In this document: positions 1 through 10,183 of the stretch, one piece after another
How positions within the stretch are numbered: the first letter of the stretch is position 1
How the letters are laid out: every line of letters starts with the position of its first letter
DNA from: an uncultured Desulfarculus sp.
GTDB lineage: Bacteria > Desulfobacterota > Desulfarculia > Desulfarculales > Desulfarculaceae
DNA: 64,000 nucleotides
Assembly (NCBI GenBank): GCA_963665125.2
Contig: CAXXUK010000001.1
Span: 2,112,001 to 2,176,000 of the forward strand
Direction of reading: 5' to 3'
Notes under the pieces: model-generated
Database searches by the model: none
What the model was told of the DNA's origin: nothing
The model's input: the letters and a program-made list of their open reading frames with translations, nothing else
Position numbers and translations under genes: made by a program

Positions 1-1
1 C

Positions 2-337
2 CTGCGGATAAATGCGGTGATGGCCGCCAAACAGTTCCACGCCCGGAAAACGAAAAACGACCAATTGATGGCCGCCATCGCCACTGCCGGAGCGGCTGCG
101 CATGAGCTTAACCAGCCGCTGATGGCCCTTATGGCAGCATCGGAGCTGATCGGTTTAAGCGACGATTCCAAGAGAATCAAGGAACTGGCCAATATAATCA
201 CCGAACAAACTCAACGCATGGGGGAAATAACCTGGCGTTTGGCCCATATCCAGAGCTACCGGATCATGCCCTATACAAACGGCAAGGAGATACTGGACTT
301 GATCAACTCCGCGCCCTACGCTGAAGATCAAAGCTGA
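2..337 (+). CDS. Partial (3' end) signalling protein ending in a HisKA-like H-box helix pair, no HATPase domain
   Basis: Frame open from position 2; AAAHELNQPL H-box motif; protein stops about 75 aa later with no N/G1/F/G2 boxes. Confidence 0.7.
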   Translation: MRINAVMAAKQFHARKTKNDQLMAAIATAGAAAHELNQPLMALMAASELIGLSDDSKRIKELANIITEQTQRMGEITWRLAHIQSYRIMPYTNGKEILDLINSAPYAEDQS

Positions 338-837
338 TCCAGGGCCCGTCGCTTTTTCCGCTTGGCCTTACTGAGTTTTTTGGAAGGTCCTTTTTTCTTG
401 GTGGAAAAATCCCAACCATCGTCATGGCCCGGGTCCGCGAACTCCTCCAACCCCTGGGTCATGACCACCTCCATCATCCTCTGGGCAAAATCAGAGGCAT
501 CAACCACATGGGACCCATGGCCTTGACAACGTCCCTGTAGCTCCCGGTCATTGGTGACCACGGTCAGGCCTTGGCCGTGGTGCGAGGCCATGTCGGCGAT
601 GACGTCGTCGGCCGTTCGCCCGGTTCCCGACATTACAACGGGAATGCCTTGCACCGCATGACGTGAGGTGTTTTGGTCGGGCCCTCCGTCCAATACCAGG
701 GTGATCTTATGCTGCTTTTTTTTACGGTAGAGATTCAAAGCCGTTGCCAGGGCGTCAACGCCTTGGCCCATGGCCTCGGCCATTTCCAGTTCCGGACTTT
801 GATGGATCAGATTGTAGCCGTCGATGACCAGATGCAA
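328..837 (-). CDS. NYN domain (YacP/Rae1-like) PIN-fold ribonuclease
   Basis: LVIDGYNLI, TADDVI and VVTNDREL motifs; basic C-terminal tail. Confidence 0.85.
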   Translation of the reverse strand: MHLVIDGYNLIHQSPELEMAEAMGQGVDALATALNLYRKKKQHKITLVLDGGPDQNTSRHAVQGIPVVMSGTGRTADDVIADMASHHGQGLTVVTNDRELQGRCQGHGSHVVDASDFAQRMMEVVMTQGLEEFADPGHDDGWDFSTKKKGPSKKLSKAKRKKRRALDQL

Positions 838-841
838 GGTC

Positions 842-1720
842 TTATCCCAGGAGGCTCAGCAGACGCTCCAATTCATCATCACTGGCAAAGGGGATGACAA
901 TGGACCCTTTTTTACCACGCCGCTTGATTTCCACTTTTGCCCCAAAACGCCGCCCGAGGCCTTCGGCCAGACTTTGGATGTGCACATCATCCTGGCAGGG
1001 CTCCGGTTTGGGAGGCGGATCCTTGGCCAGCATGGCCTTGACCAGGCGCTCGGTGGCCCGTACGCTGAGGCCCTTATTGACGATCATATCCCTGGCCTGA
1101 CGGATCATGGCCGGGGTAGCCAGGGCCAGCAGGGGCCGGGCGTGGCCGGCGCTGAGGCGTCCATATGAAAGGTCCTGCTGAACCTCGGAGGGCAATTTCA
1201 ACAGCCGCAGGCTGTTGGCCACCGTGGAGCGGTCCTTGCCCACGCCGCCGGCGATTTCGCCCTGAGTCAGATTGAATTCCGAGGAAAGGCGATGAAAGGC
1301 CTTGGCCTCTTCCATGGGATTCAAGTCTTCGCGCTGGAGGTTTTCCAGAAGGGCCAATAGCAGGGCCTGGCGGTCGTCGGCCTGGCGGACAACCACCGGC
1401 ACGGATTTTTTGCCCAACAACTGGCAGGCCCGCATCCGCCGTTCACCGGCGATGAGCTGATAGCCGCCATCCACGGGGCGTACGACAAGAGGCTGCAACA
1501 CGCCGTGTTCGGCGATGCTGTCGGCCAGGGCCTGCAGGGCGGTTTGGTCATAAACCCGGCGCGGCTGGTAAGGGTTGGGCTCCAGGCGCTCCAGAGGCAG
1601 ATCTATAATCCTGTCGCCCGGACGGGCCTCAACCCCTGACGCCGGCTCGGGCGTCAGATCATCGCCCAAAAGGGCCGCCAGGCCCCTGCCCAGAGCTTTG
1701 GGTTTACTCTTGACGCTCAT
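842..1720 (-). CDS. parB: ParB/Spo0J chromosome partitioning protein
   Basis: LGRGLAALL N-terminus, PNPYQPR, LIAGERRMRA, ENLQREDLNPMEEA, HTH GKDRSTVANSLRLL. Confidence 0.97.
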   Translation of the reverse strand: MSVKSKPKALGRGLAALLGDDLTPEPASGVEARPGDRIIDLPLERLEPNPYQPRRVYDQTALQALADSIAEHGVLQPLVVRPVDGGYQLIAGERRMRACQLLGKKSVPVVVRQADDRQALLLALLENLQREDLNPMEEAKAFHRLSSEFNLTQGEIAGGVGKDRSTVANSLRLLKLPSEVQQDLSYGRLSAGHARPLLALATPAMIRQARDMIVNKGLSVRATERLVKAMLAKDPPPKPEPCQDDVHIQSLAEGLGRRFGAKVEIKRRGKKGSIVIPFASDDELERLLSLLG

Positions 1721-2499
1721 GCGGCCTCCCCGCGGCGGCGGGGGCCACCGGCCATTTCCCGGGCCAGAGACAGGTAAGCCTGGGATCCGGCGCTCTTGAT
1801 ATCATATAAAATCGCCGGTTTGCCATGGCTGGGGGCCTCGGAAAGGCGTACGTTGCGGGGCACCCTGGTATCGTAGACCAACTCTCCGAAGTGGCTGCGC
1901 ACATCGGCCTCCACCTGGCGGGCCAGGTTGTTGCGGCCGTCATACATGGTCAGGACAATGCCCTCCAGCCCCAGCTTGGGATTGAAATTGCGCCGGACCC
2001 GGCTGACGGTTTGCAGCAACTGGGTCAGGCCCTCCAGGGCGTAGTACTCGCACTGCAACGGAATGAGCACGCCGTCGCAGCAACTCAGGGCGTTGAGGGT
2101 CAACAGACCCAGCGACGGCGGGCAGTCCAGAAAAATGTACCGGAACCTGTCGGTCAGCGACCGCAAGGCCTTGCCCAGCAGATTAAAGCTGTTTTCCGTA
2201 CCGCCCAATTCAACTTCGGCGCCGAACAGGTTGACGTCGGAACCGATGATCGTCAGATGTTCAAGGTCGGTCGCCCGCAGGGCGTCCTCTGCCGCGCACT
2301 GGCCAATAAGCACGTGATATATCGTGCGGTCTTCCGGCTTGATGCGCACGCCCAGGCCGCTGGTGGCGTTGCCCTGGGGGTCGCAGTCGACCAACAGGAC
2401 GTCACGCTCGGCGGCTGCCAGGCTGGCGGCCAGATTAACGGCGGTGGTGGTTTTGCCCACTCCGCCCTTTTGATTGGCTATACAAATTACACGGCCCAT
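1717..2499 (-). CDS. parA: ParA/Soj ATPase
   Basis: IANQKGGVGKTTT, DCDPQGNAT, DCPPSLG, PRNVRLSEAPSHG; ATG at 2499 preferred; ATGA overlap with parB. Confidence 0.97.
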   Translation of the reverse strand: MGRVICIANQKGGVGKTTTAVNLAASLAAAERDVLLVDCDPQGNATSGLGVRIKPEDRTIYHVLIGQCAAEDALRATDLEHLTIIGSDVNLFGAEVELGGTENSFNLLGKALRSLTDRFRYIFLDCPPSLGLLTLNALSCCDGVLIPLQCEYYALEGLTQLLQTVSRVRRNFNPKLGLEGIVLTMYDGRNNLARQVEADVRSHFGELVYDTRVPRNVRLSEAPSHGKPAILYDIKSAGSQAYLSLAREMAGGPRRRGEAA

Positions 2500-2518
2500 G
2501 AACACAACCTTAACCAAG

Positions 2519-2559
2519 GCGGCCGTCTCCGGGCAACAACAAAGCTCGGAGACGGCCGC
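2519..2559. other. Strong GC-rich hairpin between secF and parA (possible terminator or processing site)
   Basis: GCGGCCGTCTCCGGGC / GCTCGGAGACGGCCGC 16-bp near-perfect inverted repeat; T-rich tract follows only on the + strand. Confidence 0.5.
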
Positions 2560-2568
2560 GACTTTTTC

Positions 2569-3759
2569 TTAACGGCCTTTTTTCTTCTTGGTATTCTTGT
2601 TGTTCTTGGCCTGACGCTGCTTGTTGGCTGCGGCCTTGGCCGCCGGAGCGGCCTTGGCGGCCGGAGCCGCCGGGGCAGTCTGAGGTTCGGCCTTCTTGGT
2701 CATGGCCTCGGGCAGGCTTGGTTTGCCCTCTGGCAGCATCAGCAGCACCGGAGCGGCCACGAATACCGAGGAATAGGTACCGACAATAACGCCGACCAGC
2801 AGGGCCAGGGCGAAGTCCTCGATAACGCCGCCGCCCAGAACAAACAGGCAGATCAGCACGATCAGGGTGGTGCCGGAGGTCAGGATCGTCCGGCTCAGGG
2901 TCTGGTTGACGGAGTTGTTGATGATCTGGGCCAGGTCATCCTTGCCGCCCTTGTTGGCGTTTTCCCTGATGCGGTCAAAGATGATGATGGTGTCGTTGAG
3001 GGAGTAACCAATGATCGTCAACAAGGCTGCCACTGTGGCCAGGGTGAACTCCTTGTCCAAGATGCTGAATACGCCCACCGTTATCACCACGTCGTGGATC
3101 AGCGCCACGATGGCGCCCAGGGCGTAGCGCAGCTTGAGGAACCAGCAGGCGGCCACGGTAACGGCAAGGGCAGTAACGATGAGGATCACAGCTCCAGCGC
3201 CGCCGGTGATTGCCTCGACCAGCAGCGTCGCGCCCACCAGGACAGCGGCCATAATGCCGGCCAGGAACCACTTGCCCTCGAACCGGCCCGAGATATACAC
3301 CGCGATCATCAATATGGCGTAGAAGATGGCCAGCAGGGCCTTTTCACGCAGGTCCTTGCCCACCTTGGGGCCGACCATTTCCACCCGCCGGACCTCGAAC
3401 TTGCCTTCGCCATAGGTCTGGGCCAGGGTGGCGCTTATCTTTTGGCCCAGGCCGGTGAGCTCAATGTCCGGCTTTTCGGTGCGGATCATGAATTCGCTTT
3501 TATCTTCTAGGCCGAAGTGCTGGACCATGGCGTTGCCCATGCCCAGGGGATCAAGGGCCTTTTTGATGGCCGATGCCTCGGTGGGCTGATCAAAGCGGAC
3601 CTGGACCATGACGCCGCCGGCAAAGTCGATGCCGTAGTTGGGCCCTCCGTGCATGAACAGCGAGACAAAAGTGGCCAAAATTAGCAGCCCAGACAGGGCG
3701 AAGGCCACGAAGCGCCGTCCGACGAAGTTGATGTTTACATCCGGTTTTATAAGTTCCAT
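2569..3759 (-). CDS. secF: Protein translocase subunit SecF
   Basis: GIDFAGG, VGPKVGKDL, IGYSLNDTIIIFDRIRE, QTLSRTILTS, GTYSSVFVA. Confidence 0.97.
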   Translation of the reverse strand: MELIKPDVNINFVGRRFVAFALSGLLILATFVSLFMHGGPNYGIDFAGGVMVQVRFDQPTEASAIKKALDPLGMGNAMVQHFGLEDKSEFMIRTEKPDIELTGLGQKISATLAQTYGEGKFEVRRVEMVGPKVGKDLREKALLAIFYAILMIAVYISGRFEGKWFLAGIMAAVLVGATLLVEAITGGAGAVILIVTALAVTVAACWFLKLRYALGAIVALIHDVVITVGVFSILDKEFTLATVAALLTIIGYSLNDTIIIFDRIRENANKGGKDDLAQIINNSVNQTLSRTILTSGTTLIVLICLFVLGGGVIEDFALALLVGVIVGTYSSVFVAAPVLLMLPEGKPSLPEAMTKKAEPQTAPAAPAAKAAPAAKAAANKQRQAKNNKNTKKKKGR

Positions 3760-3784
3760 GAGTGCTCCGCGCGCACGTAGGGGT

Positions 3785-5410
<1,626 letters not shown>

Positions 5411-5496
5411 GACAAACTCCTCGGGAGCATATCAGACAAGCAGCCGTCACGCCGGGTCGACCCGGCGCGGGCATGCTTGCATTGCCGAAGCGTGGT

Positions 5497-5880
5497 TTAT
5501 TTTTTAGCTTTACCCTTGTTTTCAGCGGGCGGGGCCTGAACCGCGCCGCCAATACCGGCCACCGAAGCGCGCTGCACCTTGACCCGAACCTGGGGAGCGA
5601 TCTCGACAACCAGAGTCTGGTCGCTTACGCCGGTGATCTTGCCGTGGATGCCGCCGGAAGTGACAACGGGATCGCCCTTTTTAAGCTGAGCCAGCATCTC
5701 CTTGTGGGCCTTGGTCTTTTTCTGCTGGGGGCGGATCAGCAGAAAATAGAAGATCACGAACATCAACACCAGCATGGGCAGGGGGCCGGTGAGCAGACCG
5801 GCAATACCGCCGGGAGCGGCCGCATCGCCGCCGCCGGCTTCCTGGGCCATGGCCGCGGTCGCAAACAAGAAATCCAACAT
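5497..5880 (-). CDS. yajC: Preprotein translocase subunit YajC
   Basis: FYFLLIRPQQKK, LKKGDPVVTSGGIHG; located between tgt and secD. Confidence 0.96.
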   Translation of the reverse strand: MLDFLFATAAMAQEAGGGDAAAPGGIAGLLTGPLPMLVLMFVIFYFLLIRPQQKKTKAHKEMLAQLKKGDPVVTSGGIHGKITGVSDQTLVVEIAPQVRVKVQRASVAGIGGAVQAPPAENKGKAKK

Positions 5881-5910
5881 CGCTTATCCTCCGATCGTTA
5901 CTGCCGCGAC

Positions 5911-7026
5911 CTAGTCCAAACCCGATTCGAGCTCGGCCAGGGTCTTTTCGGCGAATTGGTCGTATTCTTTTTGGGCTATGGCCCGGCGTAGCCGTTCCAT
6001 CAGGCCCAAGATAAAATGCAAATTATGTAATGTGTTCAGCCTGTAGGCCAACAACTCCCCGGCCATGTACAAATGGCGCAGGTAGGCCCGGCTGAAACGC
6101 CGGCAGGTGGGGCAGCCGCATCCCTCCTCCACCGGTCTGGGGTCATCCTTGTAACGGGCGTTTTTTATATTCATGCGCCCGCGCGAGGTGAGCAAGGCCC
6201 CGGTGCGCGCCGTCCTGGTGGGCAGCACGCAGTCGAACATATCAACCCCGAGGCCAGCGCAGCGAACCAAGTCCGCCGGATCACCAACCCCCATAAGATA
6301 GACTGGTCCGGCTTCGGAAACAAGAGGGACTGTGCGTTCTATGACCTCCATCATGATTTCTTTTGGCTCGCCGACACTCAGGCCCCCCAGGGCGTAGCCG
6401 TCCAAATCCAAATCCAGCAGCATCCGGGCCGAGCGGGCCCGCAGGTCATGATACACGCCTCCCTGGACAATTCCCATCAGGGCGCCGCCGTTTTCGCTGC
6501 GGGCGGCCTTGGCCCTGGCCGCCCATACGGCGTCGCGGTCCATGGAATTTGTTATGTAGCCTCTGTCCGCTCCTGGCGGAGGGCACTCGTCAAGGACCAT
6601 CATTATATCACTGCCCAGCAGCTCTTGGGCCTCAACAGCCCGCTCCGGGGTCAGACGCATGGGTTTGCCGTCCAAATGGGACTGAAAACTGACGCCATCG
6701 TCGTCGAGCTTGCGGTTGGCCGCCAGACTGAAGACCTGATATCCACCGCTGTCGGTGAGGATGGGCCCATTCCAGGCCATGAACTTGTGCAGTCCGCCCA
6801 GGGCCGCCACTTCCTCGGCTCCGGGCCGCAGGGACAGGTGATAGGTGTTGCCCAGGATGATATCGGCTCCGGCCTCGACGACCTCCTCTGGCATGAGGGT
6901 CTTCACCGTGGCCTGGGTGCCTACCGGCATGAAGGCCGGCGTACGAACGTCACCCCGGCGGGTGTGTAGAATCCCGGTTCTGGCCCGGCCGTCGGTGGCC
7001 GCTATTTCCAACGACATTCTGGTCAT
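5911..7026 (-). CDS. tgt: tRNA-guanine transglycosylase
   Basis: TPAFMPVGT, LTDSGGYQVFSL, DMFDCVLPTR, zinc motif CGCPTC...HN. Confidence 0.98.
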   Translation of the reverse strand: MTRMSLEIAATDGRARTGILHTRRGDVRTPAFMPVGTQATVKTLMPEEVVEAGADIILGNTYHLSLRPGAEEVAALGGLHKFMAWNGPILTDSGGYQVFSLAANRKLDDDGVSFQSHLDGKPMRLTPERAVEAQELLGSDIMMVLDECPPPGADRGYITNSMDRDAVWAARAKAARSENGGALMGIVQGGVYHDLRARSARMLLDLDLDGYALGGLSVGEPKEIMMEVIERTVPLVSEAGPVYLMGVGDPADLVRCAGLGVDMFDCVLPTRTARTGALLTSRGRMNIKNARYKDDPRPVEEGCGCPTCRRFSRAYLRHLYMAGELLAYRLNTLHNLHFILGLMERLRRAIAQKEYDQFAEKTLAELESGLD

Positions 7027-7027
7027 A

Positions 7028-8119
7028 TCATAAAATCAAAGTGGCGTCGCCAAAGCTGTAGAAGCGGTATTTCAGCGCAACGGCCTCGCGGTATGCGTCC
7101 AGGACCCTTTGCCTGCCGGCCAGGGCGGAAACCAACATCAGCAGGGTCGTGCGCGGCAGATGGAAATTGGTCAACAACCCGTCGGCCACCTTGAATTCAT
7201 GGCCCGGCGCGATCATTATGTCGCACCATCCCTTATGGTCTCGGGGCACGCCTCCCGGTCCGGCCAGCCACTCCAGGGCCCGCATGCTGGTTGTGCCCAC
7301 GGGAATGACCCTGCCGCCCCGGGCCTTGGTTTGGGCCACGGCCCGGCTCGTTTCCCGGCCCAGTTCCACCCATTCGGCGTGCAGCCTGCCCCTGGCCAAA
7401 TCCTCTGGCGATGGTTCGGCAAAGGTGCCATAGCCCACGTGCAGGGTCAGATGGGCTGTTTCAACGCCCCTGCGCCGCAGTGCGGCCAATAGTTCGGCGC
7501 TGAGGTGCAGCCCGGCCGTGGGCGCGGCCACGGCGCCGTCATTGGCGGCATAAACTGTCTGATAGCGGTCCTTGTCGCCGCCGGTGGGCCCCTCCGGCCT
7601 TTTAATATAGGGCGGCAGGGGCACAAGGCCGTATTTTTCGGCAAGATGCAGGGCGTCGCACGAGGTCAAAACCACGGCCGCGCCCTTTTCGCCCCGCTTC
7701 AGGACGGTGATCCGCTCTCCACCGGGCAGATCGAGCACCTGCCCCACCTTGACCGGCCTGCTGCTGCGCAACAAAACCTCGTGGCGCTGGCCGCCGCCGT
7801 CCAAGCGCTCCAGGGGCAGCGACGGACTCAGAAAAAAGACCTCAACCTTGCCGCCGGTGGGCTTTTGGGCCAGCAAACGGGCGGGTACGACCTTGGTGTC
7901 GTTCAACACCAGCAGATCTCCGGGCCGTAGGATGGTGCACAAATCGGCGATGCGCCGATGAGCCGGTGGGCCGCCATCCCGCCCCATGAACATCAAGCGA
8001 GCCTGAACCCTGCGCCGGGCCGGCTGCTGGGCGACCAATTCCGGCGGTAGTTCATAGTCATAGGCCGCCAGGGGATCGGCGTGTTCACTCATAAGATCGT
8101 TTGCCGTCTGGGGGGCCAA
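7028..8119 (-). CDS. queA: S-adenosylmethionine:tRNA ribosyltransferase-isomerase
   Basis: YDYELPPELVAQ, PLPPYIKR, AVAAPTAGLH, TNFHLPRTTL, YRFYSFGDA. Confidence 0.98.
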   Translation of the reverse strand: MAPQTANDLMSEHADPLAAYDYELPPELVAQQPARRRVQARLMFMGRDGGPPAHRRIADLCTILRPGDLLVLNDTKVVPARLLAQKPTGGKVEVFFLSPSLPLERLDGGGQRHEVLLRSSRPVKVGQVLDLPGGERITVLKRGEKGAAVVLTSCDALHLAEKYGLVPLPPYIKRPEGPTGGDKDRYQTVYAANDGAVAAPTAGLHLSAELLAALRRRGVETAHLTLHVGYGTFAEPSPEDLARGRLHAEWVELGRETSRAVAQTKARGGRVIPVGTTSMRALEWLAGPGGVPRDHKGWCDIMIAPGHEFKVADGLLTNFHLPRTTLLMLVSALAGRQRVLDAYREAVALKYRFYSFGDATLIL

Positions 8120-8140
8120 AAATGGAGCTCCTGATCCGAT

Positions 8141-8234
8141 AGGTTGTTGAAAAAGTCCTTCCCGGACAGTTTCAACCGCTGGTTGTTCAAACGTGGTTCT
8201 GATAAGCAGCTCAATTAACTTGTTTAAACAACCT
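8141..8234 (+). mobile_element. Short MITE-like palindromic element (copy A of the hairpin-repeat family)
   Basis: Imperfect terminal inverted repeats AGGTTGTTGAAAAAGT / ACTTGTTTAAACAACCT; interior colinear with the element at 49034-49231. Confidence 0.6.
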
Positions 8235-8514
8235 GCTTGGCGGCACGGGAAATCAAGTTGCCAAAATCCAAAATACGCGTCCGGCAGCGTTGTGGCGTCA
8301 ACCTGCCGGAATCTAGCATATTATTCTGCCGCACCGGCATTGTCAACCTTACGCAACACCTTTTCAATATTGCAAAAAACATTGCCACTCCCGGCTTGTC
8401 CGGATATAAAAGGGAAGTAATCCGATTTGGTTTATATTGAATAAACCAACTTGTTTGCCGCGACCGGCCTTGAAGTTGGTTTGAGCTGTATCAGATATCT
8501 TTGGAGTGATTGAT

Positions 8515-8691
8515 ATGCCTGTTTGGGTCAAATGCAAGACAGAAGGCTGCGGCGGGGATGTCCGCGCCGCTGAATACGCCCAGGTCCCTGAGGATAAACT
8601 CGATGAGGTTCTGCACAAAAAAAATTATTACCTGTGCCAGACCTGCGGCAAGGTGCATGGTTACCAAAAGGAAGACCACTTCGCGGAATAA
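8515..8691 (+). CDS. Small putative zinc-ribbon protein (58 aa)
   Basis: GGAG RBS at 8503; CxxxxC...CxxC pattern; followed by a terminator hairpin. Confidence 0.65.
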   Translation: MPVWVKCKTEGCGGDVRAAEYAQVPEDKLDEVLHKKNYYLCQTCGKVHGYQKEDHFAE

Positions 8692-8709
8692 CCAGGCAGG
8701 GTTTGAATT

Positions 8710-8739
8710 AGGCGGGCTTAGACCCGCCTTTTCTTTTTT
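8710..8739 (+). terminator. Rho-independent terminator
   Basis: AGGCGGG-cttaga-CCCGCCT followed by TTTCTTTTTT. Confidence 0.6.
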
Positions 8740-9464
8740 CTGCGGGGGGAATATTCGCTACGTCTGCCGCTGGCGGCCAATACGCGTGCGCCGGCTCCGA
8801 AAACAACCCTAAGCACCTCGATCAACACAAGCCCGCCAACGATCCAGACACCGACAAAAAAGAATTTTTGGAGGATGAACCAAAAATTCCAATCCCTTTC
8901 AACCGAGGCGGATATTTCGGTCTCCTGGTCGAAAAACGAACCCAAATCCCAGCGGCCGCCTTTTTTTTCTTCATGGCCCCGTTGGATATAACCAACGCTT
9001 TCCATGGTGGTGTATGTCCGCTTTTCCTGTTTCCCCTGGGTATTCTTAACAACGCCTTGCTGTGGCTTGCTTTCCATGATGACCAGAACGCCGGGTTTTT
9101 TCAGCTTGGCCATGGCAAGGTGGGCATAGACATAAAAATTGGCCGAAGTCGTTGGAATGATAGTATGGGGGCCGGTTTTAAAACGGGCCCACACCTCCCA
9201 GTTTTCGTCACGAATCATTTCATGAAGATAATAGTCGGCGCCCTCTATATGGGCCGGGCCTTCGGCAACATCCGGCCTGGCCACGATCTCCATCAGGACC
9301 GCGGCAAGCCTGGTTGCATCGGCAGCGGACACATTGCCTATTCCCGACGTCTCCGAACAGGGAATCGGCGACGCCCAAGTTTTTCCAGCCAGGCACACAT
9401 AAAAAACAATGGCGAAAACGGCCCCCCAAAATAAAAACCTGTTTGCGTTTTTCACGCCAGCCAT
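8718..9464 (-). CDS. Hypothetical exported/membrane-anchored protein
   Basis: N-terminal hydrophobic signal-like segment, C-terminal TM helix and RRKKKRRV tail; family not recognised. Confidence 0.65.
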   Translation of the reverse strand: MAGVKNANRFLFWGAVFAIVFYVCLAGKTWASPIPCSETSGIGNVSAADATRLAAVLMEIVARPDVAEGPAHIEGADYYLHEMIRDENWEVWARFKTGPHTIIPTTSANFYVYAHLAMAKLKKPGVLVIMESKPQQGVVKNTQGKQEKRTYTTMESVGYIQRGHEEKKGGRWDLGSFFDQETEISASVERDWNFWFILQKFFFVGVWIVGGLVLIEVLRVVFGAGARVLAASGRRSEYSPRRKKKRRV

Positions 9465-9553
9465 AGTTCATCCGTCAAGATTAGCGTCCTTAAGCCGTTA
9501 ATATCAGTTTAACTTTATCATTTTAACCAACAAAAAACCATTGTCAGCGCCGC

Positions 9554-9582
9554 TTGACACCAATGATTTCTTCACCTACCCT
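9554..9582 (+). promoter_or_regulatory. Putative sigma70 promoter
   Basis: TTGACA-17 nt-TACCCT upstream of ATG 9626. Confidence 0.5.
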
Positions 9583-9625
9583 TCCCAATTGCAGCTTAAT
9601 TTTAAGAAGAATGCCAGGAACGGTT

Positions 9626-10183
9626 ATGAGTGACTTTCAGCCCCAAAAGCCATGGACCCTCTTTACAACCATTTGGTTTTTTGGAATAAAACCCCGAATT
9701 AGCTTCCAATCGGCGGCTCAAGGTTCGACATTGGCATCGCCGGTGGCCTTTGTTGTTTACCTACTGTTGGCGTGCACCGCGCTACGGGCTGTATTTCATT
9801 TCATTTCGGGATCGCCGTCTTCGTCGCTGACTTGGTTGACACGGTTGCCCATGGAGACGATGTGGGTCTGCCTTGCAACCATTGGACTGCATTTTTCCTT
9901 GCGCGCCGTCAAACGCGGCCCGGTCCCGCTAGCCCTCAGTCTGCGGCTGATGGCCTACAGCCTGGGGCCGTGGATCGTTTCTCCGCTGTGGCCCATATTG
10001 CCGGGCATTGCCGGAGAAATCGCCGTATTGTTGATCCTGCTGTTTATAATGGGTATTTTATTCGCCGGCCTACGCAGCGCGTGCGGCTTGACCCCGCCAT
10101 TGGCGGCGGCGGTGATCATGATCAACCTGGTCCTGGTTATGATAGCCGCCGCATTGTTCCAGCAAATCTCGCTAATCGGCTAG
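9626..10183 (+). CDS. YIP1-like multi-pass membrane protein
   Basis: About 5 TM segments, KPRISF and LRLMAYS patterns; start moved to ATG 9626 (AGGA RBS, promoter just upstream). Confidence 0.6.
   Translation: MSDFQPQKPWTLFTTIWFFGIKPRISFQSAAQGSTLASPVAFVVYLLLACTALRAVFHFISGSPSSSLTWLTRLPMETMWVCLATIGLHFSLRAVKRGPVPLALSLRLMAYSLGPWIVSPLWPILPGIAGEIAVLLILLFIMGILFAGLRSACGLTPPLAAAVIMINLVLVMIAAALFQQISLIG

Noticed and set aside
5449..5497. Palindrome CGCCGGGTCGACCCGGCG and an AAGCGTGGTTT word between yajC and secD as a fourth repeat copy
   Set aside because: The CGTGG word is not in an extended stem and the other modules are missing
8427..8449. Possible dif site
   Set aside because: Does not match the XerD arm TTATGTTAAAT or the 11-6-11 layout; kept only as an operator-like palindrome
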